Below are positions 12,544 to 42,360 of a DNA stretch of 64,000 nt, piece after piece. The notes under the pieces were generated by a model that did no database searches, was not told the origin of the DNA, and saw only the letters and a program-made list of their open reading frames with translations. Both the position numbers and the translations under genes were made by a program. Source of the DNA: Phaeosaccion multiseriatum. Taxonomy: Eukaryota; Protista; Ochrophyta, other classes. Within the stretch, counting starts at the first letter, position 1. Every line of letters starts with the position of its first letter. Location of the stretch: assembly GCA_965112735.1 (NCBI GenBank), contig OZ218952.1:992001-1056000 (forward strand), written 5' to 3'.

Positions 12544-13831
12544 AGAAGAAGAAGATGCGTTGTCTATCTCTCTATCTGTCTGCTTGTCTGTCTTGTACTC
12601 ACCCTGAAGCGAGGACACACTGCAGCATCAGGGGCAACTTTCACATGTCTGAAGGCGCAGCGGACTCCACTGTGGCACTGCCTAGTCAAAAAGAAGCGAC
12701 AGTCGGGCATCTTGGCAGGGTCGAGCTCGTGCGAGAGAGGGCAATGTGCCTTGGGGCACGTCTTCTTGGCAAGAAACTCCGGGCAGATGGCAACCTGGGG
12801 CGTAGGGTGGGTGGGGTCAGGGGTGGGTGAGGGTTGGGTGAGGGGGAGTGTTGGTGGGATGGCGAGAAGGGAGGGGTGAAGTGTAATCCTGCATTCCTGC
12901 CTCTCTCTCTCTCTCAAATTCTCACTGTCTCTACCTCTTTCTCTCGGTGTCTCTCTCTCCTTCCCCTCTTCCCCTCTCTGTTTGTCTCTCCTGAAGAGGT
13001 GTCCCTCACCATGGACTTGTCGTGGACGAGTGGACAGGACCCGCCCTTCAAACAATACCCAGACCTGCGGTAGTGCGGGCACAATGCCCCGCCCTCTGCG
13101 GTGCTGCTGGGCGAGGCGGTAGATGCAGGGGATGAAGTAGACAGCGCAGGTGCCGAAGCGCTGCTATTACGACTACTGCTGCCGCTCGTACTGCTGGCCA
13201 CGCGGGGCCTCTTTCTGCTGAGGATGGCCTCCAGCGAGCGCTTTCGCTCCAGAGCCTCCTGTGCAGACTGCTTCGTGCCCTCCGCCACCGCCGCCATGGC
13301 AGCGAGGTTGGCCTTCCGTCTCTTGGCAGCGGGGTCCACACGAACAAGGCTCATTCTGCCCCTCCGTTCGTACTGTTGTGACGGGAAGGCAGGATGTGAT
13401 GTGTATGGATTGAGTGAACAAAAAGGGAGGAGGAGCGTCTAACAGGAAGCATTTGAGTGTATGCCTGCCTGCCTATGCTTTTTAATTCTCACCTCCTCGT
13501 CCCGTTGGTCCTGCTTCTTCTCCTCCCCCGATGATGTCGATGCCTTCTCCGTCGTTTTCGTCCACACCTTGTTCTGGAAAGAGCCAGCCGCCCCGCTGTG
13601 TGCCCCCCCTCCCCTACTGTAGCCCAGCTTCGCCGGGGGAGGCGTAGCATCGTCTGTGCCTCCTCCTGCCACCTTCCCTCCCCCTCCCTCCTCCGGACTT
13701 GCTTCCGCTGTTCCCGCGGTCCACACTCGATTCCCATGCAAACCGGACCTACCCTCTCTCTCTCTGCTTCTTCCCCTCCCCCGCGGATACGTTCGAGCGG
13801 AACTGCCCCGCCCTCGCCCCCGCCATTTCAT
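12073..13831 (-). CDS. CCCH zinc-finger protein, ZC3H3/CPSF30-like; 4 exons
   Basis: Exons 13831-13493, 13372-13010, 12794-12603, 12159-12073. Tandem CCCH fingers: CPHYRRSGYCLKGGSCPLVH, CPEFLAKKTCPKAHCPLSH, MPDCRFFLTRQCHSGVRCAFRH, CPRFREGFCANWANCELKH. Confidence 0.82.
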
Positions 13832-13946
13832 GGCGTGTATTGTACTTTCAGTTCATCGAGCTTCGTTCGTCGTAAGGGTCCCATCCACTGCCATCCCTCT
13901 TGAATCCCCCGATCCCCCGTATCGCCGACAGGACCTTGACATAAGG
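13832..13946. promoter_or_regulatory. Very short (~115 bp) putative bidirectional promoter between the ZC3H3-like and ThiO genes
   Basis: Divergent ATGs at 13831 (-) and 13947 (+). Confidence 0.5.
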
Positions 13947-15548
13947 ATGGGACGAGGGCGGCAGCGCTGGCGCGGGCTTGCTCTCTCCGCTGCCACTGTT
14001 GTGGCGGCGGGGGGGAGCGGGAGCTTTGCGGTGTGCAGCAGCCGGAGCAGCACTGCTGCCGCTACTGGCGCCAAAGCCCCATATCCTCTGAGGCTGGCCC
14101 ATACTACGACCTTGAGCGGCGTGGGCGGCAAGGGAAGAACAGGACCGTCATCTCGCTCTCAAAGGGATGCGACGGCATGGGTTGCGCCTTCCTCTCTCCC
14201 CGGGCGCGTCTCGGAGGTTGGAGGGGAGTCAGGAGCAGCGGCAACCAAGGTGCGGACCAGCAGGAGAAGGCGAATGAGCATGCAGCAGCACCCGCTCGGC
14301 ATGGGCCACTTCAGGAAAGACGTGGTGGTGGTAGGGGGCGGTCTGGCGGGGCTGTCTACGGCCCTGGAGCTGGCGAAGAGGGGCCGGGCGGTGGCGGTCA
14401 TTTCAAGAGACGTGCAGGAGGCAGCCTCCTTTGCTGCCGGGGGGATGATAGCACCTCAGGCGGAGAGGCTGCCAGAGGGGGAGTACTTGGATATGTGCCT
14501 GGAAAGTCGAGCCATGTACGGCTCATGGGTGGCCGAGCTGGAAGGGCTGGCCGGAGGAGGCAGAGGAGGTAGTAGTAGCAGTAGCAGCAGCAGTAGCAAG
14601 AGCGATGGTGCACCCGACGTCGGATTCTGTGCCAGCGGGGGCTTTCTGGCCCCGGCCTTTGAGGGTGATGCCGTGCACCAGTGGCGCCCTCCAGCCTCGG
14701 GTGGGCAGGCCCAGTGGCTAGACACCGACACCCTTCGCCTCATGGAGCCGGTTATCTCCCCCGAGGTGGTGGGGGGTTGGTGGTACCCACAAGACATGAG
14801 TATCGATGCCCGGGACCTCTATAGCACGCTCGAGCTCGCTGCTAAGGCCGCGGGGGTGGAGGTGTTGCATGGGGTGGGCGCGGAGGGCATGGTGCTGGAC
14901 CACACCGGCGGGGCAATGGATGCGGTGGTGCTCTCCGACGGGCGCCACTGCCATGCTAACACCGTGGTCGTAGCCACGGGAGCATGGATGCGTGAGCTCA
15001 TGCCGGTGCCTATGGAGCCGCAAAAGGGGCAAATGCTCTCCTTGCGAGTGCCTGGCAGCTCGTACAGCGCGAGCTCGCTGGCCAAGAGCAAGAAGGCCCC
15101 TCCTCTCTCCCGCACCCTCTTTGCAGACAGCACGTACATCATTCCGAAGAAAGACGGGCGTATCGTGGTAGGGGCCACCGTGGAGACCGGGGTGTGGGAC
15201 CTTCATACCACCCCGCGGGGTATATCTTCCGTCATGGAGGGGATGATGAAGCTGTGCCCGGAGTTTGCCGACTATGGTGTGGAGGAAACTTGGGCAGGAT
15301 TGAGACCCATTACGCCAGACTACGCCCCTGTACTCGGGGCCTGTGGGGAGTGGGCGAATGTGTTTGTGGCCGGTGGCTATTGGAGGAATGGGGTGGCTCT
15401 TGCACCCAAGACCGGCCAGCTGGTCGCGGACGCTATCCAGGGCACACTCTCTGAATCGGATGCACAGTTCATGAAGGCTTTCAGCTCGGACCGCTTCCTG
15501 CAGCCCGGTGCGGCATCCGACTACCTGTTGTCTGGCCGGGGCGGGGGT

Positions 15549-15592
<44 letters not shown>

Positions 15593-15680
15593 GCAAGCGT
15601 CCAAGCAAGCGTCGTCCCCCATCATCGCCACCCCCCCGCACAGAGTGCTAGCCACGCCCCCTCGGGCTGCGGCAATGGGC

Positions 15681-15724
<44 letters not shown>

Positions 15725-16532
15725 CAGCAGCAGCAATTGGGCATCCAGCAGTAGCGGCGGTGCGAGTTTGCCCGACATTAGCGACTCTGCCTTTGGGTCC
15801 ACTCTGTCCAAAGACAGCACCATGTCGACGGAGACGACTGCAGAAGAAGGGGACGCGTTTGAGAAGGCCGCGTCTGCGGGGGAGGCGATGGGAGCGTATG
15901 CAGATGGCATGGCCAAGCTCTTTGGGGAGGGAGGCACAGGGCCAATGTCCACAGACGAGGATGGGACGCAGGTTGACCCTTACGTTGCGTCTTTGCTCGA
16001 AAATGAGGATGACGAGGAGGAAGAGGACGTCGGCGACTATGCGAGCTACGCGGCCGCTGGTACTGCAGCGTCGTCCTCTCGGGTGGACAGCATCGGCTCC
16101 AGCAGCAGCAGCAGTGCGAGCCTGCCCGACATTAGCGACTCTGCCTTTGGGTCCACTCTGTCCAAAGACAGCACCATGTCGACGGAGACGACTCAAGAAG
16201 AAGGGGACGCGTTTGAGAAGGCCGCGTCTGCGGGGGAGGCGATGGGAGCGTATGCAGATGGCATGACCAAGCTCTTTGGGGAAGGAAAAGACTACTCTTC
16301 TGGATCACCAACCCGTGTACAACATGATGGTGCTGGCGACGGCGCAGGTAGTATCAACACCAACATTATGAGCGATGATGCCGCCCTGCTCTCTGCCATA
16401 CTCAACGAGAATGACGAGGACGATGATGATGACGATGGCGACGACATGGATGACTACACCGCCAAGGACGGCGGCGGCTTCTTGACGGGGGGGGTGGTGG
16501 AAGGCCTTCAAACTCAGACTCCGGCCCCCGGT

Positions 16533-16573
<41 letters not shown>

Positions 16574-18068
16574 GGAGGAGGAGGAGGAGCAAGGCGCTGC
16601 TGGTGTGTATGACGAGCTTTTCGTGGACGGTCAGGCCAAGTTCGTGCCCACTGGGGATGTGGTGAATGAGTACCAAACGTCCGACCGCTTCAGCAACGAG
16701 GCCCTGCTGGCGGCTCGGCAGTCAAACCTCTTGGAAGAGATCCCTGCAGACTTTATGGCGGATACATTCGACGAGGAGGGTCCCAAGTCACTGGAGGAGG
16801 CCTTGGGGGTCAAGGTCGTGGCACCCTGGCAGGAGGGATCGGAGAGGGTGGCCGAGGCGCTTGGGGCCAAGATTGTGGATGTAGAAGTGCCGGACGGGAC
16901 GGATTTGGACGTGTTGATGCGGGAGGGGGTCGAGGTCGAGGCCTCGACGACCAAGATTATGTGGCATCGAAAGGACGGTTTGGAGCCCCTGCAGATCCCG
17001 GTCGGCACCAATCTGGGGCAGATGCTTCAGGCAGGCACTGTGCCCGGCATGCCTGGCTACCGAGGCCCCGACGCTGCTGCGGATCCCGAGGTGGATGGGG
17101 GCCGTGTGGTGTCTAACGAGGCCATCAAAGGCCCCACAGAGAGAACCCCGGAGATGTCTGCGTTTTATGCCAATGTCATGAAGAACAAGGCCGCTCAGCA
17201 GGAGGGACATGTCGGTGAGGGTGGGGGTGGCTTGCGAGACCCTTTAGATGATGATGATGATGATGATGATCATGACGGCGATAACGATGTAGGTATGGGG
17301 ATCAACAAGAGTCAGCACCAGCAGCAGGCGGGGAATTGGCTGCAAGGCATCTTCGGAGGGGCTGGAGGAGGGGGCAAGCCGAGTCGAGCGGCGGGTCGCG
17401 TGAATGGCCAGAGGGGCAGTGGCAGTAGCAGCAAGAGCGATGCCGGGGGTATTCGGCTGCATCAGCAGCACTCCGAGCCCGCAGCAGTTGATGACACAGC
17501 AGGAGCAGCAGGCGGAGGTGCGCCTGTATGGAGGAGGGGGGAGAAGGAGGGGGTGGAGGGAGAGGACGTGTTCGGAGACGGGTACGACTTTATCCTTGCC
17601 CACCGGGGCGACACGGACGGCGGCTCCGAAGTGGCCGACGCCGCTCGCGAACTCAATCGGGAGCGAGATGAGGAGGAGGAAGAGGCGGCGTTTGAAGCTA
17701 TGGCAGCGCAGGCAATGGGCGAGGTGCGGGCGGCGGAGACGGCGGAGAGTCAAGTCAATACGAGTAACAGTAGTAGAGGAAGTAGTATGGCGCATACTCA
17801 CAGTCAAAGCCACACGCAATTGGGCATGACAGCAGCAGCAGCAGCAGCAGGGCGGGGGGGGCGTGGTATCGGTGGTAGAGGAGGTTCCCGTCTGAGCGAG
17901 GGCGGGAGGGGTAGAGGCCAGAGGTGGCGCTCTCTCTTGTCGGGTGTGGGGCTGTCGTCGTCATCAGCATCTTCGTCTTCATCATCCGGCGGCGGGCTCT
18001 CCTTGCTTTGGGTGTTGCCGCTCTTCGGCAGGCGTCTGCGCGACAGCTTGCTCGGCCTCTTGCTTTGA
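13947..18068 (+). CDS. thiO: Glycine oxidase ThiO-like FAD-dependent oxidoreductase (DAO family) with an N-terminal presequence and a long acidic C-terminal extension; apparently intronless
   Basis: Rossmann motif DVVVVGGGLAGLSTALEL, plus ASFAAGGMIAPQAE, PQKGQMLSL, YIIPKKDGRIVVGATVE, WAGLRPITPD, GGYWRNGVALAPKTG. The ATG at 13947 is in frame with the 1470-aa ORF. Confidence 0.85.
15762..16282 (+). repeat. Intragenic direct repeat (~167 bp x2, period 354 bp) in the ThiO tail
   Basis: 15762-15928 and 16116-16282 both encode ASLPDISDSAFGSTLSKDSTMSTETT(A/Q)EEGDAFEKAASAGEAMGAYADGM(A/T)KLFGE. Confidence 0.95.
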
Positions 18069-18868
18069 TGGGTGTGCGTGTTGGTGATACAGGGGTGGGT
18101 GGATGGGTGGGTGGATGGGTGGGTGGGTGGGTGGGTGGGTGGCACAAATAGCAGTAAATGTAGTTGGTAGGACAGAGAGGAAGGACAGGGAAGTAATCTC
18201 TTCAGTAGTTGTTACATTAATTTAACACGATACCTGCCTACCATTGTGTGTGTTCGTTGGGCGGGGGAGACGGGGGGCGCGATGAGGCTCTCCTCTTTCA
18301 TCCACCACACCACACGTCTTGTCTTTTCATGAATCACCCGTCCGTCTTGTATCGACTCTTGCTGTGCACCTCGATTGCACAACAACAACAACAACCAAGT
18401 TGCCAAGACCAACCGACCGACTTAACCCACTCACACCCCCGCCCACAACCGACCGATCTAACCCACTCACACACCCACCCACCCATCCACGAGCGTCACA
18501 TGCATGCCCTGCTTCACATCACATCAACCCGTCTGAGTTCGTGGGTGGATCAATGACCAGAGATCATTAGGTCTGCGTTCGTCTGCTAACCACTGACCAC
18601 AGGGGTCAAGTTGGTCTGCTCACCTTTGCCCAGCCATTAGGGATCAATAGACCGAAGGCGGTTAATCATTCGGTCAAGGTGTGTGTGTGCGCGCGTGCGC
18701 TTTGGGCACCCCTGTCACCCCCCCCTTTTAAATGAATACTGCATAATCTTACATTATAACAAAGTACCCACGAGACTGCATGTGTGCGTGTGCGCGTGCG
18801 TGTGTGAGTGGGTGCGTGCGTGGGTGAGTGTGTGCGTGGGTGCGTGGGTGCGTGTTCGTGCATCGCTG

Positions 18869-19482
18869 CTACCTTCCAAGCAGCCTGCCCACCAGCCCCG
18901 TCATCACCCCCGTATCTCCTCTACCCATGGCGCCCTGAGCACTGAGCACCGCGCTACACCCACCCCTCTCGCCCCCCTCTGTTGTGGCACTGCTTCTACC
19001 GGTCCTGCTGCTTCCTCTACTTCTCGCGGTGCCCTTGCCTGCTGTTCTGCTAGAAGACAAAGCACCAACACCAGCACTAGCCCGCCTTGACGCCTGCGAG
19101 GACGGCACAGCTGGCGACGGCGCAGTGGACCTACTGCTATACCCAGTGTGACGTCTAGACGCCCCTGCTCCCCTCGTCGAAGAGTCACGGAGGCTCTTGG
19201 TCCTAGTGGAAGAGCTCGGAGGCCGGTGACCATCCTCTTCGCAAGACCGCAGCGCGGAGAGGCGTAGCACAGGAATGTCAGGGCCAAGGAGGGGGCGGCT
19301 GCTCGTACTCGCACTATCGGTTCGCCCTCCTGCTGCTCTTAGCAATTGCGCCCCCCATGGCCCTCCTTGCCGCTGTTCCTGACCTCGGGGAGAGGAAGAG
19401 TCACCCATGTACGTTGTTTCTACACTGTTTCTCCTCCTTCGTCCATCATCTGTTGCGGACGGCACTGAGCCGGGGGTAGCAG

Positions 19483-19522
<40 letters not shown>

Positions 19523-20110
19523 TGCTGTCCCTCCTGCGGTCGGCAGCCCGTCCTCGCCACCGCCACCACAGCTTCTCCAAGCTCTCTTCCGCTGAGCCTG
19601 AGTGGCGAGCCTGGCGGCGGGTGGCTTGGGCTGTGGGCACGCAGCAGCCTCCCACGGACTCTGATACGGGCCCCTAGGGACGAAGCTTGTCGTTCTTGCT
19701 TGCGCGGCCCTGTCTCCTATGCTGCTATATATGGGCTCCACCTCGTACAATGTGAAGTATGACAGTTTGCCGTCGGCCCCAATGCGCGGCCGCCCCCAGT
19801 CGTCTTGCGGGTCGTCCTTGAGGGAGCTCGAGAAGTCATGCCGTATCGCCTTTCGCTCACGATGGCTGGCCAGTAGGACATCCACGGGCGGGCACTGGAA
19901 ATCTGTTCGCCCCACAGACTTTGTAGGTTCGTAGTTGGCAGGGAGAGTGACCTCCCTGCCTCTCTTTTTTAACTTGCCTCTCTCCGCCCCTCGGAGGCTA
20001 AATGGGTCCGGTTGACTTAGCCTCGCCTCGTCGCGCGTCCTCCTAACCCTAAGTCTTGCTGAGATCGTCATTGGCTCGTGCTCCGGCGTCGCCTGCAGTG
20101 ATTCCATCAT
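18869..20110 (-). CDS. Uncharacterised protein (413 aa), divergent from CFAP46
   Basis: Long ORF with ATG start and a non-repetitive N-half (PDPFSLRG..LPANYEPT..DFSSSLKDDPQDDWGRPRIG..YFTLYEVEPIYS) followed by a low-complexity tail. No family recognised. Confidence 0.6.
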
Positions 20111-20451
20111 TGTCTCGTCCTCCTGTCTCGCGTCTCCTCTGCTTTATGCCCATCCATCCCCGACACAGCGCCTTGTTGTTCGGTTTCGCCCAATACTCGA
20201 ACGTCTCCCCCACCCCCTCCACCCCCACCCCTTCTTCTTCAGCCGCTCGAACTATCCTCCATTCTATCCCTCTTCCTCTCTTTATCTACTCCTCTCTCGT
20301 CTTTCGCTCGGGGAAAAAAAAAAAAATCCGATGGCGGCGACGAGGCGAAACGGTTCACCGATTCACCAGCAGGATTTGCTGTTAAGTTGGGGCACACGAG
20401 CACTCAGCAAGAGACGAGGCCGCGCGTGGCCCTCTCGTTAGGCAAGAGCCC

Positions 20452-36705
<16,254 letters not shown>

Positions 36706-37575
36706 TGGAGTGGAGTGGTGTCATGTGATGTGATTGCAATTACTCTGCTCCAGCTTGACAGCTTAACTATAGAATAACGCAAGAAGAAGTACTTAATTCA
36801 TGGAAGGGTACTTGTAGTCTTGTATGGAGAGGTTCCTTGGTCAACGGACAGCGAATCGGTTTTGCCGTTAACTCTGCAAGATGCAGTCAATGAGGTTGTT
36901 TGAGGTTCTGACGGCTTCATTGTGCCTTCCTTATATTATCGCAAGCCGGAAACCCTCATCAGCTGATACCTCTCTACCATAGAACTTGGTGTCCAAGAGG
37001 AAAGGAGACAGCGACGGTTCATCGACGCTACAGGCCATCTGCTAGGCTTCCGATCGTACGTTCCGCGGTAAAGTAGAATGTCCATTTCCTAGGCTTGATG
37101 CCACACGGACCCCCCCTCAATAATGATGCGATCAGTCTGCCGATTATAAGTGTGTACTAGTAGATCCCCCCCAATGTGAAAAAATGTACAAAACACTTCC
37201 TTTCCCTGCAGCTAGTCCACGTGGGAGTGTGGCGTCCACAGAATGGCGCCACTCTGGGCCCCCAACTCCCAACTCCCCCCTCCCCCCCTCCCTCTTCACC
37301 ACCCCAATGCGAGTGACTACGCCACCCTCTTTGGCCTCGCACTTGACCTGCCCCATTGGCTCTTGTGCTGCCCGCCCCTTGGGTCTTGTCTACTGTTGAA
37401 TCATCTCCCCTGCCCCCCCCCCCCCCTTTCTCTCCATCTCTCTATGCAAAGAGAACGAGGGGGCCATCATGGACACCACACTACACTGTGGCATGCCCAT
37501 GCACATAGGTAGGTACGAAAGTAGGTACATAAGTAGGTACGCAGATACGTAGATAAGTAGGAAGGCAGGAATGCA

Positions 37576-37681
<106 letters not shown>

Positions 37682-37789
37682 TGGGTAGGCAGGTGGGTAG
37701 GCAGGTGGGTAGGCAGGCAGGCAGGTGGGTAGGCAGGCAGGCAGGTGGGTAGGCAGGAATACCCACACCACACCACACCACACCAACCC

Positions 37790-38255
37790 CTACCGAACGG
37801 AAAGGGAGGGTGTCTCTCCTCCCATCCCCCGACCGGCGCTACTCTTGGGCCGCCAGATGCGCACCGTTCGATCTGCACTCCCCGATACCAACACCCCCGG
37901 TTCCGTGGGGTGGAAATCGACGGAATGCACTCGATTCGAGTGTCCCTTCAGCACCTGCATCAGCTCCGGAGCTTCGGAGGCCGAGGCCGTCCCAGCTCCT
38001 CCTCCTGCTCCTCCTCCACCACCACCACCACCACCACCTCCTCCTAATCCTCCCCCTCCTCCTCCCCCTCCGTCGCCCTTGCTTTGGTGATGGTTGGTGA
38101 GGTGGGACAGATGACTGAGGTCGAAAAGATGAATGAGGCCGTCAGCACTCCCGGTGGCCACACAAAGCGAGTGCGACCAGTCCATGCCCGCCGACCCTTC
38201 GTGCCTGCCGTTTCGCATGGGTAAGTGCATCATGCCGTTTCGGTCCACCCGACCG

Positions 38256-38289
<34 letters not shown>

Positions 38290-39181
38290 CGACACGATCT
38301 GATCTTCTATGCCCTCCAAGTCCGAGTAGTGAGCTCGACCCCATCCCTCTCATCCCTCCTGCCTCTCCTCGCTCGCCTGTGTGGTGGTGATCTCCTCCAT
38401 TTGCGCCGAGCAGCACTCGTGGTGGCCGGTAATTGGGGCCACGGAAGAAACAGCTCCGAATAGGCTGTTTTGGTTTCGCAGGTGGGTGCCGTTCGCAATG
38501 TGGGTGCACATACGAGGGGAAGGATGGCGGACAAGCAAAGCAGTACAAGAAGAGAAGCATACGCAGGCACGTACGAAAGTGGATTGGATTGGGAGGAGAG
38601 AGGGGTTAGGGGGGGGGTCAATTTATATATATATATCGTGTATACATATCATATACATCGCATATACATTGTATATATGATACATATATACAATATATAT
38701 ATATATGCGATGTGTATACACTTGATGAGGGATCGTGAACGGCGTGCACAAGTCTCTGTGGAGAAGGGTGCTCCTTGGAGCAGGCACAGAAGAAGCTTCA
38801 CCCAGGTGGGGTACAAGGACAAGAAAGGCTAGAGTAGAACAGAGAGTAGAGCAGCGAGTATGATATGTGGATGTATTGGGGGTAGAGAGAGAGACAAGAG
38901 AGAGAGAGAGAAAGAGAGACAGACAGAGAGAGACAGAGAGACAGAAAGAGAGAGAGACAGAGAAGAGAAGGAGAGAGAGACAGAGACTTGCAGAGAGAGG
39001 CAGATACAGACATGACTCACTCACCCACTCACGCACTCACTCACTCACGCACTCACCCAGTTCTTGGTTTGGTGTCCTCGAAGAGCGCACATCAAGCTCA
39101 GAGAGGGGGACGGGGTCCCGCTCTCTTTCCGCCCCCACCCCACCCCTCCTCCTCCTCTTGCTCCTCCTCCTCCTCCTCCTC

Positions 39182-39222
<41 letters not shown>

Positions 39223-41760
39223 CCACCAATGGCTGCCACCCTTCCTCCCTCTGCAGCTGCGAGCCCCCCTGCTACCCCTAAAAGCCCATTGGCATATTCT
39301 CCCCCCGTTACGCCGGACCCCACATCCGCGCCGGCGCCCGCACCACGGCCGAGGCCAGGCTGGCTACCCCCCCTGTCCTCCCACTCTCTGCGTTGAAAGA
39401 TTCGCAGCGTGTTATCGAAGCAATTTGCGGCGACAAATGGGCCGGACTCGTCTCTCTGCCCCGCCGCAGAGGGGCAGCCCGTGAGGTAGCTGTCGCATGC
39501 GGCCAGCACGAGGAGGAAGGGAGGGGGGCGGAGGGGAGGGGAGGGGAGGGAAGAGTTCAAAGAGGGAGGGCACACACACACACACACACACATACACACA
39601 TACACACACACGCACACACACACACTCACACACGCACACATACACACACACACACACAGACAGGCACACACACACGCACACACACACTCACACACTCACA
39701 CATACACACACACATGCACACACACACACACACGGCTCTCCTCTCTCGTCTTACCCACCCACCCCTCTCCTCTCCACCCACCCACACACCCCTTTCCCCT
39801 TTGGTCTCACCTAATGTAGATGGGCTCTTCAAGCTGAAACACGTCCAAGACCCCCCCTGTTCGAGCGTCCCACGTGACGATTTGGCCGCTGGAGTCAGAA
39901 GAAATCACCCTGAACGCAGCAAGTCAGGGAGGAGGAGAGGGAGGGAGGGAGGGAGGAAGCGCGGAGAGAGGGAAGGAGGAAGGATGGAGCGAGGACGGAG
40001 GGATGGAGCGAGGAGGGAGGGAGGGAGGGAGGAGGGGAGGGTGGGAGGAAGCGAGGAGGGAGGGAAGGAAGGAGGGATGGAGCGAGGAGGGAGAGATGGA
40101 GGGAGGGAGGGAGGGAGGGAGGGAGGGAGGGGAGGGAGGAAGCGAGGCGGGAGGGAAGGAAGGAGGGATGAAGCGAGGAGGGAGAGATGGGGGGAGGGAG
40201 CGAGGGAAGGACGGAGGGATGGAGCGAGGAGGGAGGGAGGGAGGGAGGGAGGGAGGGAGGGAGGGGACGAGGAAGGAGGGAGGGAGGGAGTGAAGGAGGG
40301 AGGGAGGGAAGGAGGGAAGGAGGGAGCGAGGAGGGAGCGAGGAACGGAGGGAGGAACGGAGGGAGGAACGGAGGGAGGGAGGGATGGAGAGATAAGAGCC
40401 CTTGTCTTTGGCCTTTCTAACAGGCATGCTCTGCCTTTGGGACAAAACACGAAACGTTTGTACGTGAGGGGACAGAGCAGAAAGAGCTGCTGCGAAGTGC
40501 AACAACGACAAGAGAAAGTCGTGCCTCACACGACACTTAACCGAAGAACCTCCTCCTCCTGCTCCTCCTCCTCCTCCTCCTCCTCCTCCTCCTCCTCCTC
40601 CTCCTCCTCCTCCTCCTCCTCCTCCTCCTCCTCCTCCTCCTCGCTCCCGCTTCCCCCTCCTCCTTCCTTCGCTGTGCTTACCGTCTTCCTTCGGCAAACA
40701 CACTCAAAGAGCTGACCGCTGCGCCACTTTGCCACGCCGCCACTCGCCCCAGCGGACAGCGAACGTCGAGAGTGTATATGCTCTTACTCGTGGACCCCGC
40801 ATAGGCCACAAGCGGTGCCACTTCGCCCCCCCCGCCCGCATCCCAACCTCCTCCTCCTCCTCCTCCTCCTCCTCCTCCTCCTCCTCCTCCTCCTCCTCCC
40901 TCCTCCCACTGTAGCGGCGAGGAGCAGCAGCGCACACACTGAATCAGCCCGTCGAGTCGGAGCAAGCTCGTCTTGAGCTGCACCGTCTCCACATCCCAGA
41001 GCCCCACGCTCTGATCAAATGACGCGGTCAGGAAGCTACGCCCCCGGGGACCCAGGTGACGTCACTGACGAGCTGATGATGCTCTACCAGACAGGCCTCC
41101 TGACTGTACGGGTACTTGGCCTGCCACAGTCGGACGGACTTGTCAAAGCCGGCACTGGCCACGAGGCTTCCCCCCGGGGAGTAGCACGCGGCGTATACTG
41201 CACCGGTGTGCCCTACGAGCTTGGCTTCGGCGACGAGAGTGCGGCTACTTCCTGAGCCTCTACCACCCGAGGACTCTCTCCCAGCGTTGGCGCGACCGGA
41301 GGTCATCGAGCCTAGGTCTGCCAAGTCGTCGAGCGTTGAGCCTGTGAGGGCGGGGCAGGGGCGCGGGGGGGAGAGAGAGGAGACGGGGAAGGGTCATGTT
41401 TCCTCCATGTTAAAAGAGTACACTGCGGGGTGTTGGGATAACTACACGCCATGCCATGCCCCCAACTCTTTTCAGTCTCCTCTCCCCCCTAAGGCCCTTT
41501 CTTTGTTATCACACTGTACCTGCAGTAAACACGTCGCCTCCTGTGCCTTCTGCACCCAGCGGCGGTATCTGCCCGCCATCCAGGCTGAAGATGCCCCCGC
41601 TGTTCGCCGACGCACTGCCGAGCATGTAGGACAGCTCATACACGCTCTTCTTGAGGGCCTCATTGTCCTTGCGCACCGCTTCTAGTGCCGTTTTCAGAGA
41701 GTTTCGCTCCGCACACACCGCCTCGTACTGGCTGGAGAGCTGGCCGGTGATCTTGGCCAT
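37790..41760 (-). CDS. WD40-repeat protein with N-terminal coiled coil (copy 1; 3' end intact; 1-nt frameshift in the C-run near 41041)
   Basis: Exons 41760-41520, 41341-40682, 39909-39811, 39489-39057, 38464-37790. WD repeats: [93 protein letters not shown]. Confidence 0.85.
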
Positions 41761-41858
41761 GTTCCTCCCGCCTTGCTTGCTCCCTCCCTCCCACACCCCG
41801 CCCGCTTCGTTCTATACTCTCGGGTAGGCTGCTAGTACGTGCCCCCCCCCCCACTCTC

Positions 41859-41933
<75 letters not shown>

Positions 41934-42360
41934 TTTCTCTCCCTTTCTGGTCTCTCTTGTCTCCTCTTCTTTTTGATTATCTCTCTGTCTATTTCTCTCT
42001 TGATGCCATCGCGTGAACCTTCAATGGGGAGAGGGGGGCGTAGGAAAGCCCCCCTTTACACTTTTATCCTGTTTTTTTGGGTTTGATCACCCCATCATCG
42101 ATCATCTTTCCACGAGCGTATCACCAACACACCATCTTCAACAGGTTGGCACATGATGGCCCGAGGGACCGTGAAGCTCAATTAGCAATTAGAGCGCCCA
42201 GGGAACCAGACAAGCATAGGCGGGGATGAGGAGTCGGTGTTGATGTCCTCGACATCTCCTGTAGAACTATTTTCTCCTGGATTGTGCCTCAAACGAATCC
42301 GCTCTCCCGCCATCAGCAGTAAGACAGCCTTAGGTTAAAGGGGGGGGAAGGAGTTTCGCA

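Noticed and set aside
13656-13946. 5' extension of the 1470-aa ORF from the GTG at 13656
   Set aside because: It has a non-ATG start and overlaps the first exon of the minus-strand CCCH gene; the ATG at 13947 gives a plausible presequence.
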